NCBI RefSeq assembly: GCF_009914755.1
Contig: NC_060948.1
Reading direction: 5' to 3' (one strand)
DNA: 64,000 nt
DNA from: the human T2T-CHM13v2.0 reference genome, Homo sapiens
Below are positions 15,159-35,179 of this stretch, one piece after another (the first letter of the stretch is position 1; each line of letters begins with the position of its first letter). The translations under genes were made by a program, and so were the position numbers. Under the pieces are notes generated by a model. That model had not been told where the DNA came from. It did not search any database and saw only the letters and a program-made list of their open reading frames with translations.

Positions 15159-15696
15159 GGGCTGGGCACAGTGGCTGATGACTGTAATCCTAGTATTTTG
15201 GGAGACTGATATAGGAGGATCACTTGAGCCTGGGATTTCCAGACCAGCCTGAGCAAATAAGAGACGCCCCCATATCTACCAAAATATTAGCAAATTAGCT
15301 GATGTGGTGGTGCATGTCTGTAGTCCTTGCTGCTCCAGAGGCTGAGGTGTGAAGATTGGTTGAGCTCAGCATTTCCAGGCTGCAGAGAACTCTGTTTGTC
15401 CCACTGCACCCAAGGCTGCATTACTGTAACTCTAAAAAGAAAGAAAGGAGGAAAGAAAGGAAAAATAGAAGGAAGAAGGGAAGGAAGCAAGGAAGGAAGG
15501 AAGGAATGAGGGACGGAGGTAGAGTAAAGAAGGAGAGAAAGGAAGGAAGGAAAGAAGGAAGGAAGGGAGGAAGGAAGGAAGGAAGAGAGGGAGTGAGGGA
15601 GGGGAAAGTGAGGGAAGGGAAGAAAGAAAAAGAAAGAAAGAAAGAGAGAAAGGAAGGAAGGAAGGGGGGGAGGGAGGGAGGGAAGGGGGGGGAGAA
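15159..15696 (+). mobile_element. Old Alu (J-like) with (GGAA)n/GA-rich tail at 15434-15696
   Basis: GGCTGGGCACAGTGGCT...AGGATCACTTGAGCC; degenerate right arm; purine tract. Confidence 0.85.
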
Positions 15697-16089
15697 ATTT
15701 TCTTATTGGACTAGAATTATGCAAATGATTTGCTAATTTTATATATATAGTGATAGTGATAGGCTTTGTATTTATATATGAACATAGCATTATTTTAATA
15801 CAATATGTTAAGCAGGTTAACATATTTTTATATAAACAACAGACATATAGAATATATTATACCTTTTCATTACCTTATTAAACTCTCTATTATTCAATTG
15901 ATTGCCAGTAAATTCCAGTCAATTTGGCAAGGAAAATATTCTATACATAGATATCAAATATATATAGGTATTCTATACATAATATTCTGTATATAGATAT
16001 AGAATCTTCACAGATTTGGAAAAAAGTTCAATAAATATTTGGAAAATGTAGATTTCTGATAAAGCTCTAGGATTAATAAAATACTGTAT

Positions 16090-16650
16090 GGGCAGGGCAT
16101 AGTGGCTTATACCTGTAATCCCAACACTTTGAGAGGCAGAGGCATGTGGATTATGAAGTCAGGAGCTGGAGACAGGCCTGTCCTGGTTGGGGAGGAGATA
16201 ACATCATAGGAAATTTAAGCTGTCCTCTGAGTCACTTCTGGGTGGGGCCATAGGAGCAGGGTTGGCAGTGGAGGTGCAGTCATGTGTGTCAGACATGCAA
16301 AAATCCTGGAAAGATATTTCAAAAGGCCATTCTTAAGTTGTACAATAGTGATGTTATTCACAGGCATAATGTTGCATATCTTATAAACTCTGGAATATTG
16401 TCTGACAATCATTTATGTCTGACAATCATTTATGTCTGTACCTTAGTAAAACTCCAGGGCTTCTCTCCTAACCCCAGCCTGATGGCCTGCCATTAGCTTT
16501 ACAAAAGCAGTTGAGTTTCAGGGCAAGACTGTTATCATTTAAGCTACACCTTAAATATCTTTCCAAGTTAGCTTGGCCCAACAGTCCAGGAATAATTAAG
16601 AAAAAGGCAAGATGGGGGGTGACTCAGCTTAGTTTAGTGTTATAATTCTG
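16090..16650. mobile_element. Alu left-arm fragment (+) fused to a truncated MER4-group ERV1 LTR fragment (-)
   Basis: Alu to ~16180; then AGACATGCAAAAATCCTGGAAAGATATTTCAAAAGGCCATTCTTAAGTTGTACAATAGTGATG, resembling the LTR at ~63020; 17-bp tandem duplication at ~16399-16437. Confidence 0.6.
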
Positions 16651-16707
16651 TCTTCTGCTACAGTGTTTTGCATTTCATATGTTTTCATAATACTGTGGCC
16701 GAGGCAT

Positions 16708-16780
16708 AGATATAGATATAGATAGATGATATAGATATAGATAGAGGATATAGATATAGATTAGATATAGATACAGATAC
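16708..16780 (+). repeat. (TAGATA)n-like microsatellite
   Basis: Directly visible. Confidence 0.85.
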
Positions 16781-16918
16781 CTGTACAGAATGATTGCTAG
16801 TTTGGATAAGCATGTTGTCCCACTAAAATTGAAATTTGATAGATGCTTTTCCTACTCTGATTTTTAATTAGGGATGATTAAATATGTTTTTATTTGAAAT
16901 CTGGCTTCTGAGAAAGGT

Positions 16919-17534
16919 TGTGAGAAAGAAATAAATCTTGTGGTCCTAACTTCACTAAGCTAAAGGGAAAAGTCAAGCAAGGAATGAGGTCATGCAAACC
17001 TGCCTCCCCTTTTGGTTCCTAAGATGGCTACAACATGAAAAGCTATATACCTCTCCCATATTTTTCCCACAAGGAAATTTGTAGTGAGCTCCAAGATCTT
17101 TACCCTAAGATGTTTCTGTTAAAATTTCACCATGGTGATATAAATTGATAGTTGATCTTTACAGGCCCAGTCACCCTGCTGCCCACCAGACAAAAAATGC
17201 ATATCTGATTGCTTCCATGCCCCATTTTGTCTATGTTATGCAGAGTGCAGATTCCCTGCACTTTTTGCTCTGTGCCATTTGTCTACATTATCTTATCTTT
17301 TAAAAAATGCAGATTCACTGAGCCAAAGACATAAATAACTATTTTTCCCTATCCCCCCTTATATGTAAATTGTATACTTCTCAATATCATGCCATTTCCT
17401 CTTTAAATTTGGAGCCCTCAAAATCATCTTCAGAGAAAAGAATATAGACCTATCTCCTGGGCATACATTCTTAATTTTGGAAAATAAACCCCTAAAATGA
17501 TTGAGATTTGTCTCATCATTTTTCTTGATTGATA
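16919..17534 (+). mobile_element. MER4-family solo LTR
   Basis: TGTGAGAAAGAAATAAATCTTG...CACTAAGCTAAAGGGAAAAGTCAAGC start; AATAAA near 17483. Confidence 0.7.
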
Positions 17535-18157
17535 GTAGTAATGGAGATAGTAAACGTTAGTTAGAACCTCTAGCTGAAAAGACAGATCTGTTTCTTGTGA
17601 CTGTGTCCCTGAAAATGCAAAATGAATCCTTTATTGATGTGGTGAAATTAAATTTAGTTTATACACAGTGACTTTTACAAAACTATGAAGGTTCTGAGTC
17701 ACCTGCAATTGTTTCTTTTCATTTTCCAATTCACCCTCTCAGTCCTGACAACACTGTTTACCATCAAAATAAAATGCTTCTGTTTGTAAATAAACTATAC
17801 ATTAGAAAAAGAAGAAATAAAATGATTGTTGTTTCCAGTTTCAGAAATCTACGTTTGCTATTACTGCATCTTATTTATAATGTCTCTTTATCACTATCTT
17901 TGCTTTTGATTCTCTTTGAATTCCTGCACCTCACTCCTGCAAAAAAGTGGTATAATATAGAGAATATAAGGAAGTAAGAATGCTTTTTGGGATTAGGGAG
18001 GAATTTGATTAGATGAATTAATGTTGTTTGTCTTATTCATATGTCTTAAGACTTTTTTAAGAAAAATCTTTAAAATATCTGCTTAAAATTTATTTTTTGT
18101 GTAGATGAAGATTTTTCACAGTGGCTAGTCATTTTTTTCCCTTAAAAGTAGAGGGCT

Positions 18158-18461
<304 letters not shown>

Positions 18462-18561
18462 CTATATTTGATGCAACTTGCTAAAAAAAAAATAAAAATG
18501 TGTTTTTTTAAAAAAATGAAAGATGACGTTTGAATATGTGCCCTGCACAAAGGGGAGCTTG

Positions 18562-19316
18562 CAACATAATTAATTATCAGGGAAATGCAAATTAAAACCA
18601 CAATGTGATACAACCTAATGCCAGCAAGAATGACCATAATCAAAAAATCCAAAAATAATGGATGTTGGCATGGATGTGGTGAAAAGGGAACACTTTTCCA
18701 CTGTTGGTAGGAATGTAAACTAGTACAACCTACTATGGAAAACAGCATGGAGTTTCCTTAAATCCCTAAAAGTGGATCTACTTAATCCAGCAGTCCCACT
18801 CCAGAGTATCTACCCAGAGGAAAAGAAGTCGTTACGTAAAAAAGATACTTGCACATGCATGTTTATGGTAGCAAAATTTATAATTGCAAAAATGTGGAAC
18901 CAGCCCAAATGCTCATCAATCAACAAATGGATTAAAAAAACATGATAGGTATATATGATGGAATACTACACAGCTGTAAAAAGGAATGAAATAATGGCAT
19001 TGGCAACAACCTGGATGGCACTGGATAATATTACTCTAAGTGAAGTAACTCAGAAATGGAAAATCAAACATTGTGTGTTCTCACTCATAATTGGCAGCAA
19101 AGCTATGAAGACACAAGGGTATAAGAATGAAATAATGGACTCTGGGGATTGTGGGGAAAGTGTGGGAGATAGTGAGGGATAAAAGCATACACATCTGGCA
19201 CAGTATACAGTGTTCATTTGGGTACACCAAAATCTCAGAAATCACCGTTAACAAACTTATTTACGTAACCAAACACCAACTTGTTCCCCAAAAACATGTT
19301 GAAATGAAAATAAAAG
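18562..19316 (+). mobile_element. 5'-truncated L1 (L1PB/L1MA-like) 3' end
   Basis: CAGGGAAATGCAAATTAAAACCACAATG...GAATACTAC...3'UTR. Confidence 0.85.
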
Positions 19317-20384
19317 AATAGAAGAGTTTGGATTGTATTTGGTTATTTACACTGGCAGAATAGAAAAGAAAGATTTGGAAGCAGAAGTTTCTCCAGAGAA
19401 TCAATTTATTTTTATATTTTTTAAAAGGTGATTCTGTGATTTATATATATAGATATATACATGCATATATACATGCACATGGATCTATACATGAGCATAC
19501 ATTTATATAGGTCGACAGGCATGTGTGCATGTCTTTTTCCCCTAAGTTGCCTATAAAAATATGATATAAAGGGAACTCTGAATTAAATTTTTGTGGTGCT
19601 AAATATAGCATGGGATAATATGAATGTTGTTGTCATGTTGACCACAAAAATAAAAGCACAGAAGATTTCTATGGAGGGATTATCTCCGAAGAATTAGAGT
19701 TACCAACTCTCAGAAGGCAAATTATGTTGAAATATTGCTTTTCTAATATTACTGCTAACTGGTTCATTTTCTTCTTACAGTTAAAAGCTTTTCTAAATGT
19801 GATATGCTAGTTGAAAATAATTGCTAATAATGCTAATTCAAACACTGGAATTCATAGGACTGGAAAAAATCCTTGACTTAAACTGAATTAAGACAAATAA
19901 GTAAACCAAGCTTCTTGCTTTGAAGATTTTCACAGCCTGTGATCATAGATCCATGCAACTAAAAGTCTCTAACTTCTGCAATAGAAACCTCAATGTAGGG
20001 CAGATAAAGAGAGTAAAAGGAGCAATTAAGTTTACTTAATACTGAGATGGGCTTCATGGAAGTACAGGAATTAAGGGCCATCATTTACAGTTTGTTTTAG
20101 ATAGAGAATGCAGGGATTTGTTTTCTGAGCAGACTCTGGCTAGTCATGTTTGATATGTTGCAGACATAGGTAGATGTTTGAGATATTGAATAAGCTGTTT
20201 GAGCATCAGCCATGTACAGTTGCTTAAAAAGACAATGAAGCAATTATTTCTGGAGTCTACGATTCTCACTCTTCTCTCCCAATTTAGTCATGGCATAAGT
20301 AATAGAGACACATGGACTTCTGAAACATGGTCATTGTATGATTCACACCCTTGTGTCATTGTTCCTGTGCAATGACACTGATTT

Positions 20385-20663
20385 TTTTTTCATTATTTCA
20401 ATAGTTTGGGGAAAACAGATGGTGTTTGGTTACATGGATAAGTTCTTGAGTAATGATTTCTGAGATGTTGGTGCACCCATAAACCAAACAATGTACCCTG
20501 AACCCAATGTGTAGTAGTTTCTTATCCATCACCCCTCTCCCTCCCTTCCCCCTGAATCACCAGAGTTCACTGTGTCATTTTTACACCTTTGCATCTTCAT
20601 AGCTTAGCACCCACTTGTGAAAACATATGGTATTTGGCCACACACCATGGTAATGAAAATGTG

Positions 20664-20711
<48 letters not shown>

Positions 20712-20968
20712 TAGATAGATAGGCAAATTTTCTTCCTATGATGGGTATTTGGGCTGGTTTTATATTTTTGCAATTGCGAACTGTGCTGCTTTAAACATGC
20801 ATGCGCAAGTGTCTTTTTCATATAATTATTTCTTTTCCTCTGGGTAGATACTCAGTAGTGGGATTGCTGAATCAAATGGTAGTTCTCCTTATAGTTCCTC
20901 AAGGAATTTGCATACCGTTTTCCATAGTGATTGCATTAGTTTACATTTCCATCAGCAGTGTAAAAATG
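20385..20968 (-). mobile_element. L1 (L1PB-like) 3' fragment
   Basis: TTTGGTTACATGGATAAGTTC...GTAGTGGGATTGCTG...CAGCAGTGTAAAA. Confidence 0.8.
20665..20722 (+). repeat. (GATA)11 STR with imperfect extension
   Basis: 11 perfect units at 20665-20708. Confidence 0.95.
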
Positions 20969-21603
20969 CACTGATATAATTATATGTTAATGGTCTAAAG
21001 ATGTCAGACATCTGAGTTAATCCCACATGATAGACAGTTAGAAGATTCCCCAACCTCTTCTATTAAATTGGAGCAGAAAACAAAAAAAGGTAAATCTTAA
21101 TAGATGAGCTATTTTATAGGCATGCCAAACCAGCAGGCAAAAATTGGGCATGTAAGAAGTTGAATTCTCTCATCTGTCTTCACTTTTCACTCTAGCAGCC
21201 CCGTTCATTCTTTAGTTATGGGATCATATGCTCATATTTGCATTTGTAAATGACAAGTGGCTTCCTTGTGACCTTACTGTAATTCAGAGCCTTCAAATTC
21301 CCAGTTCACAATATGTCACATAATAATGAAGGGATACCCTTAAATTATGCTTGTAGATATTTTAACATTGTATACATTCTAGTAACAATACTTCCTTTTT
21401 TTAGGTTGTTTTTTTAAATCTTCTGTCTAACTCTCATTTGTTTTCACCCTCTTACATTCTTTTCATCCTGGTCAGAGTTAAGTTCATAAACACCGGACTG
21501 TTAACACATCTCCAATATCCACCAAGAACAGAAGCTTTAGTGGACATGTTTCCATGTGTTTTTGATAAAGATAACATTACTATATTTAAAAAAAATATTG
21601 CTA

Positions 21604-21962
<359 letters not shown>

Positions 21963-24529
21963 TTATTTTATTTTCTCTTTAAAAAAACTAAAATAATAAT
22001 TGTATTACCTTAAATATCAGACAAAGGAATAATATATACTAAAGGCACAGAAAAATGAGCATATAATTAAAATAAAAAACCTTTGAATTTGGTTTGTTCT
22101 AAACAGCTATATTGGAAAGAAACATCACAAATAGAAATGTTTGGATAGTGAATTAAAGCACAAAATTAAAAGGAACATGAGTTTACCAACATCACAGAGT
22201 GTTCAGTGGAATTTCTTCATATTTTTCATTTTCTCATCTTGTAGCAACTTTGCTAAACTGTGAAAACATTATATGTAGGAACTAACCATTTCTGTCTTTG
22301 AACCACCTTGAGACTCAATAAATTTCTCTCATTTCTGCATAGCGATACATCACAACAATTTTTACTTTGAAGAATCATGATTGCTATAAACTGAAATAAT
22401 GGAAAGAGACATTTGCTCTCTTTATATTCTATATATGATTCTATATATCTTTTATCTATATAATTATATATATTGATTCTATATATCTCAATTTAAAGAG
22501 TGTTATAATTCTTAGTGGAAAGATGAGATTAACATTGTCTAATTACATGTACTTTACAAAGAGAAGAAACCCAATAAGCAACTTAATCAAGTCATCAAGT
22601 TTAAAATTTTAGCAGTGAGATACCCTGAGAAGGACAAAGTATGACTCCTGTGGTAATAGCACCAAAAATTTGTAATATCAAGGGGATCACTTACAACCTG
22701 CCAATGGAAGTGAAAATTATTTAAAACTTGCATACCTCTACTGAAATTGAAAATGGTTAACACATACCATAACAGTCTGTAATTTTGGTTCTAGGCATGT
22801 AACCTAAAGACAATTTTTCTTATGGTGTGCCAAGTGGATAAATAAGATAAGGTTCATTCATGACAACTGTGTTGATATATTATGAAGAGTAAATCAGTCA
22901 AGATTTTTACCCAGAGCGGAATGTGCAATACAATGCAATAAAATCAAGCGGTTGAAATAATGGACATTAGCTATTATAATAACACTGATAGATGTAAAAC
23001 ACTTTGCATAAAAAGTAGGAAAAACAAACCCATATCCCTAGTATATAATTTATATAAAGTTTATAACGTCTGCATCCCTTGGGGATATACAATTTTAATA
23101 TAAAACTGTAATACCTGAATGGGCAGAATCCACAACAAAGCTATGTTGTTGGTTGCTCTTTGTGAGGGTGTTAGATTGTAATGAGATGGAGAAGGCTTGG
23201 AAAGTAGAAAAGACAAGAAATTTATAATTGATATTCTGTTTATTTTTATTTTGTAAGACTGAAAAAGATTTACCTGCAGCATTTATCATTAATAGTTGTT
23301 CATGTGTTTACAGTGCTGATATAGACATACACACATATATTTATGCTAGAATCAGCTCATTGTCAATTGAAAATACTTTGAAAGTGCAAAAAAAATTCAA
23401 GTGTTTGCACATCTACATGAAATATCACATGACCTGTTCAGAAAAATGAAGCAGCTACTGTGTAGATGTGTTTTTCCTTCATGCTAGGTGCTTTGTGACA
23501 CACTTTGCATGCATGTTTCCCTTTAACTGCCATGATTAGTCTTGGAAGTGTGTGCTATTAACTGTATGTAGCCCAAGCCATATAGAGTTCACGTAAGTAT
23601 TGGATTGTTAGAGAGGAGTCAGAATTTGGAGACAAGTACCTGTACTCCTCCTAGCTACACTACATTGACATCGTTTTTCAGAATTTTAAAGTCTTGCTTC
23701 TCAGTAGGTTGAGTTTGAAGGATTGTCACCGAGAGAAAACAAAAGCAAAAACTAGGAGCAGTAGAGAAACAACAACTAACTGAATGTAACCCTTCTCAAT
23801 GAAAAAGGAGTGGAATTAGCCTGGCTTGTATCATATTCCTACATGGGAAGACTGTTCAGATGCCACTGCTTGGCACAGAATCATAACAGCACTGATCTCA
23901 TTGCCTCTTCTGTGTTAGGTATCAAGACATAACAGAGTTATAAGAGGCTGAGATTTAAATGCAAACATTAACAAAGATATGATGAAATGAAGTGGGCAGC
24001 AATTGTAAATAAACACACTCATAAAAACTGAGAGCCTATGTATGTCCCTAAAACATTCACAAATAGAGTGGTCACTTATATTCTTCAACCCAATTTACCC
24101 CACCATAAAATTGGCTTTTTTTATTCCAAAGCTGCTTCTCAACAAAGACAAATTCCTTTATAATTTTTGTTCTGCCTCTTCTATTTTGCACACTACTCTT
24201 GTTGTTGCTGTTGCTTCTGGATTTGCTTTGTTTTTATGATAAGTTAATTACCCTCTTGTTTTAAGCATGATATACTTATTGCAAAGTATACTACAATAAG
24301 TATACTTTTATACTTACTATGATACTTATTTTTATACTTTTCATTCTTATGCTGAATAAAGTTAGACTTTGATGAAAACACGTTTTCATTATCATTTATT
24401 TAGCCCTTTCATTTTTTAATTAAAAACTTGAAATTAAAGTTTAATTTTAATTTGAAAATTTACTTCAAAAAGTAATGTATTTTAGGACCAACTTTCCATG
24501 ACATGTTATTGTGAAGACCTTTTCTCTAC

Positions 24530-25930
24530 TATAATTTTTTCCAAATTTATATAAGAAAATATACATATCATCTTATTCATTTTTTAGTGTACAGTTCAGT
24601 GATATTAAATACTTTCTTAATGTTGTAGAAGCATAATGACCATTCATATTCAGAGTGTTTTCTTCTACCCAAACTAAAATTCTGTCCCCATTAAACATTA
24701 TTTCACTATTTCTCCCTTCCCAATCCCGAGGTGTTCAACATCCTGTGACAGGTTGGGTGTCACTAAAGCAGGTCTCCCTAACAACATTTTCAGCACTGAT
24801 TGAATGGTGAAGTTACATATTAAAAGCTGAAACAACAAATGCTCTTATGCAAAGGCTGGAATGTAACAAAAGCCCACCAAGAGCTTTGCCCAGGCTTCTC
24901 CAGGGCCTTGAAGCATAACAAGGAATTCTTAACAGGTCCTGTTAAGGAATTCTTAACAGGACCCATTTAGGATGGAACAAGTTTTATTGGGGGTCAGAAG
25001 AAAATCCCCAGACCTCCACAAACAAGCTTTATTTGAAACTAAAGGAATTCCCCAAACTTCCACAATTTAGCAGGAGACTAGATAAAGGTAATTACCCTAG
25101 CACCTGGGCCCATTTAGATTAAGGAAATTTACTGATGCTGCAGAGGAAGGTCTTCAGGACTCAGACCTTATTTGTAGATTAGAAGTTAATCGCTTATGTC
25201 TTTAAGTGCACACACACTTACATGTAGAGATATAGCTTAGAAGGTACAGAAGCTCTGGAAGACTTTGTAATTTTGAACTGGCCTGGTGATAATTTCCAGG
25301 ACTTCTCACTGTGACCAGATACAGAAATAAAAATTCTCTTCCTCCTCAGTGAATCTGCATCTTGTTTTTCGTCCACAGGAAGAAGCAGCCCCACCCTCAG
25401 TTTGGTTCGGGAACAATTCTACTTTCTGTCTCCATGAATTTGACTACACTTGTGACCTCACAAAACTGGAATTATACAGTATTTATCATTTTGTTCCTGG
25501 CTTTTTTCACTGAGCATAAAGTCTTCAAGGTTCTTCCATGTTGTAGCCTGTGTTAGGATTTCCTCCCTTCTATGGCTAATAACACTTTGTATGAATATGC
25601 TATACTTTGTTTATCCATGCATCCACAATGGACACTTAGTTTGCTTCCACCCTTTCACTACTCTGAATAATGATACTATGAACATGGGAACAAATATTTC
25701 TTAGAGACATTGCTTTCTATTCTTTTGGATATTTACACAGAAATGCAATTGCAGAATCATATGGTAGTTCTGTTATAAAGTTTTTTAGGAAGGACCATAC
25801 TGTTTTTCACAGCAGCCTTACCATTTTACAATCCCACCAACAGTGCACAAGTCTTTCAGTTTCCCCACATCCTGTCCAACACTTGTTATTTTCTGTTTTT
25901 TGAAATTATGCTTATCCCAATAAGTGTGTC
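24530..25930 (-). mobile_element. Old L1M 3' fragment interrupted by a solo LTR
   Basis: GTGTACAGTTCAGTG...ATTCTACTTTCTGTCTCCATGAATTTGAC...CCCACCAACAGTGCACAAG. Confidence 0.8.
24744..25415 (+). mobile_element. Solo ERV LTR, family not assigned
   Basis: TG...CA ends, AATAAA at ~25327, 4-bp TSD ATCC/ATTC, interrupts L1M; internal 24-bp duplication at ~24920-24965. Confidence 0.7.
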
Positions 25931-25959
25931 AATACCTTTATTTCTAAAGATATATTTTA

Positions 25960-26289
<330 letters not shown>

Positions 26290-26308
26290 TTAATTTTGTT
26301 GTAACAAC

Positions 26309-26743
26309 TTTCATTCACATCTGTGTGAAGAGACCACCAAATAGACTCTGTGTGAGCAGTAAAGCTTTTTAATCACCTAGGTGCAGGTGGGCTGAGTCCA
26401 AGGGAGATAGGGGTGGGGCCGTTTTATAAGATTTGGGTGGGTAGTGGAAAATTACAGTTAAAGGGGGTTTTTCTCTGGCAGGCAGGGGCAGGGGTCACAA
26501 GGTGCTTAGTGGCGGAACTTTTGAGCCAGGATGAGCCAGGAGAAGGAATTTCACAAGGTAATCTCATCAGTTAAGTCAGGAAACAGCCATTTTCACTCCT
26601 TTTGTGGTGGAATGTCATCAGCTAAGGCATGAACAGGCCATTTTCACTTCTTTTCTTATTCTTCAGTTATGTCAGGCTATCTGGATATATACGTGCAGGT
26701 CACAGGGAATATGATGGCTTAGCGTGGGCTCAGAGGCCTGACA
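26309..26743 (-). mobile_element. Solo HERV-H LTR (LTR7, B-like)
   Basis: Reverse complement starts TGTCAGGCCTCTGAGCCC and ends GGTGGTCTCTTCACACAGATGTGAATGAAA; 5-bp TSD ACAAC/ACCAC. Confidence 0.88.
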
Positions 26744-26778
26744 ACCACCTTCTGCCTTCCTCCCTGAAGTATGGACTC

Positions 26779-26850
26779 TGTGTGTGTGTGTGTGTGTGTA
26801 TGTGTGTATGTGTGTGTATCTGTGTGTGTGTGGTGTGTGTGTCTATGTGT
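26779..26850 (+). repeat. (TG)n imperfect microsatellite
   Basis: Directly visible. Confidence 0.9.
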
Positions 26851-27577
26851 TTACAACTTGATGTGAGGCAGAATAAAAAGAGCAAGTTTTCATATATTTA
26901 TCTTTTAATCCATGAAACTACCAACTAAGTTTACTTTCTCCAACTGTAGATATAGAAAGCACTAATGTTTAACAATTTCAGGCTCATTTTCATGTAGCCT
27001 AAACCCATATTTAGGGAGAGAAGTCCAGAACGTACTAGAGATAACTGACATATTTTGTTGTTGGAATTGCTACCTATTCTTGCTGCAAAGTTGTTATAAA
27101 ATTTTCTCGCCTAGAGTCTCCTTCATTCCAGCAATTCAGAGAAGCTGGATAAAATTGTATCTCATGAGGACAGATGTCATTAGAAATGCACAGGCTTTTG
27201 TCTAAATTTGGCTTTCATTCATTCTTTCATCAAATATTTATTGAGTCTATACTATATTCCAGTTGCTTGGCATAAGAGTAAAGTTGTGAAGCTGTGCAGC
27301 AGAATTAATGCCACCTTCTTCCTGCTCCCACAAAGGTGCACATCCTGCCTTTCATTCCTTCAAACTCAAGAGGGTTTGTACTACACAGTGCATGGTTCAC
27401 CACACAATAGGCAATGTGGAGCACTGGTGTAAAGCTGACTGGAAGTAAGAGGCTTTGATGAGTGATCTAATGGAGGATGTTTATTTCCTGCTTAATTGAA
27501 ATACTGAGACCAAGCAACTCTGGCACACCTTGCAGAGGAAAAAACAAACAAACAAACAAAGAACATGAAGATGCTAT

Positions 27578-27881
27578 GGTCTGGGTGGAGTACCTCAGGC
27601 CTGTTATCACAGTGCTTTAGGAGGCTGAGAAGGGAGGATCACTTGAGCCCAAGAGTTCAGCACTAGCCTGGGTGGTAGCCTAGGGAGACTCTGTCTCTAC
27701 AAAAACTAAATAATAATAACAATAATTAGATGGGCATGGTGGCACATGTCTGTATTCCCAGCTACTTGAGAGGCTAAGGCAGGAGAAACACTTGAGCCCA
27801 GAAGTTGGAGGCTGTGGTGAGCCACTACTGCACTCCAGCCTGGGTGACACAGGCTGTCACTCAGACTCGTTCTCAAAAAAA
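27578..27881 (+). mobile_element. Alu (J-like)
   Basis: GGAGGATCACTTGAGCCCAAGAGTTC; dimer. Confidence 0.88.
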
Positions 27882-28271
27882 GTGTACATATATACAATAT
27901 ATACATAATTTAAAAGGTGCTATAGCCAGCTCAAGACGATTAATTCCAATACTCCTCTGTAAGTAAATGTGACTAAAACAATTTCTCAGATTCTCACCCA
28001 TCTCCTCAGCAGCCAGTCCCTACAACAATTTAGGAAATAGCTGAGCAAAGGCCACATGCCTTAGGTGGTGGAAACAAAATTGAACAATTACACACAACCC
28101 CATGCCCTCAAGAGTTTGGGATCCCTTGGAGAGGAAACTCAACATTTGACATTTCAAATATCCACTCATCTTTCAGTCTTCCTAACAGGCATACAGCCTT
28201 CTTCTGGGAACTTTTTAAAAGAGTTCATACAAGTGATATTTGCATTTTATTGTAGATTTAACTTGTATGCC

Positions 28272-28575
28272 TTTTTTTTTTTTTTTTTTTGAGAAGAGGG
28301 GGTCTCAATCTGTGATCCAGACTGGATTGCAGTAGCATAATCTTGACTTACTGCAACCTCTGCCTCCCAGGTTCAAGTGATTCATCTGCCTCAGCCTTCT
28401 GAGTAGCTGGGATTATAGGCACACACAACCATGTCCAGATAATTTTTGTATTTCAGTAGATATGGTGTTTCACAATGTTGACCAGGCTGGTCTCAAACCC
28501 CTGAACTTGACTCATCTGCCCGTCTCAGCCTCCCAAAGTGTTAGGATTACAGGCAGGAACCACTGTACCTGGCCA
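28272..28575 (-). mobile_element. Alu (S-like)
   Basis: Poly-T then GAGA...GCCTCCCAAAGTG...CCTGGCC. Confidence 0.92.
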
Positions 28576-28606
28576 GTTTGCATTCTTAAAAACTACTGAT
28601 TTCAAG

Positions 28607-29130
28607 CCTTCCTTCCTTCCTTCCTTCCTTCCTTCCTTCCTTCCTTCCTTCCTTCCTGCTTTCCTGTCTTCCTGCCTTCCTCCCTCCCTTCCTCCCCTCC
28701 TTCCTCCCTCCCTCCATAACTCCCTCCCCTTCCTTCCCCTCCCCCCTCCTTCCTTCCTTCCTTCATTCCTTCCTTCCTTCCATTCTCTCTCTTTCTTTCT
28801 CTTTCTCTCCTTCCTTCCTTCCTTCCTTCCTTCCTTCCTTCCTTCCTTCCTTCCTTCCCTCCATCCTTCCTGTTTGACAGTGTCTCTCTCTGTTGCCCAG
28901 GCTAGAGTGCAGTGGCATGATATTGGTGCACTGCAACTTCTGCCTCCTGGGGTTCAAGCAATTTTCCTGCATCAGCCAAGTGAGTAGTTGGGATAACAAA
29001 TGCCCGCCAACATGCCTGGCTAATTTTTGTGTTTTTTTTAGAGACAGGGTTCTTGAACTCTTTACCTCAAGTGATCTGCATACCTTGGCTTTGCAAATCA
29101 CTGGGATTACAAGTGTGAGCCATAGCACCT
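28607..29130 (-). mobile_element. Alu with internal deletion and (CCTT)n tail at 28607-28870
   Basis: Pyrimidine tract followed by GACAGTGTCTCTCTCTGTTGCCCAGGCTAGAGTGCAGTGG. Confidence 0.88.
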
Positions 29131-29462
29131 TGATGATGTTAAGTATCTTTACATATCCATAGGCACAGGTGTTTCTCACAGCTTACAGGCTATCAGAGGA
29201 ATATAAGTGTTTCACATACATACGTGACATTTATTTTCATGGTTGCCTCTTTGGGCAGATTTTTAAAAGTAAAACGATTCCTCATTGGATACTTAAAACA
29301 TCTCTTTCTGCCATTCTTCTCCAAGAAGCAGTAATTATCTTCCATATGTACAGCCTAGCATTTTATAATTGTACTAAATGTGAGTATATCCATAAAACTT
29401 TAGTAGATTTTATGATATTAGAATCTATAAATAATGCAAAGACTTCAACTCATAGGTTTTTA

Positions 29463-34845
<5,383 letters not shown>

Positions 34846-34964
34846 AAGAAATATTCACATTGTTTCAGGTAAATACAGTTTATATTTTTAAAACATCCAT
34901 TACTTATCTTATTATGAGAATATATCATGCAGCACAACCCTTTGACATTAATGGGCATTTGGAG

Positions 34965-34966
<2 letters not shown>

Positions 34967-35002
<36 letters not shown>
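34967..35002 (+). repeat. (GT)n microsatellite
   Basis: Directly visible. Confidence 0.95.
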
Positions 35003-35003
<1 letters not shown>

Positions 35004-35179
35004 CATGTCTGTGTTATATTTTGGTTTTTATTTACTTTCTTCCATGAGATGTTACAATAAAAATCCTTGCTAAACCCTCCTTCAGGGCACTTGCTAGACA
35101 GAATTAATAAATATATTAAAAGAAAAAATAGAGGAAGGGGGTTATTTTCATTTTCAACCTATTAAATAATGACATATTT

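Noticed and set aside
18535-18560. TGTGCCCTGCACAAAGG before an L1 3' fragment, resembling a U6-L1 chimera
   Set aside because: The match is too short, and the U6 5' end and a TSD are absent
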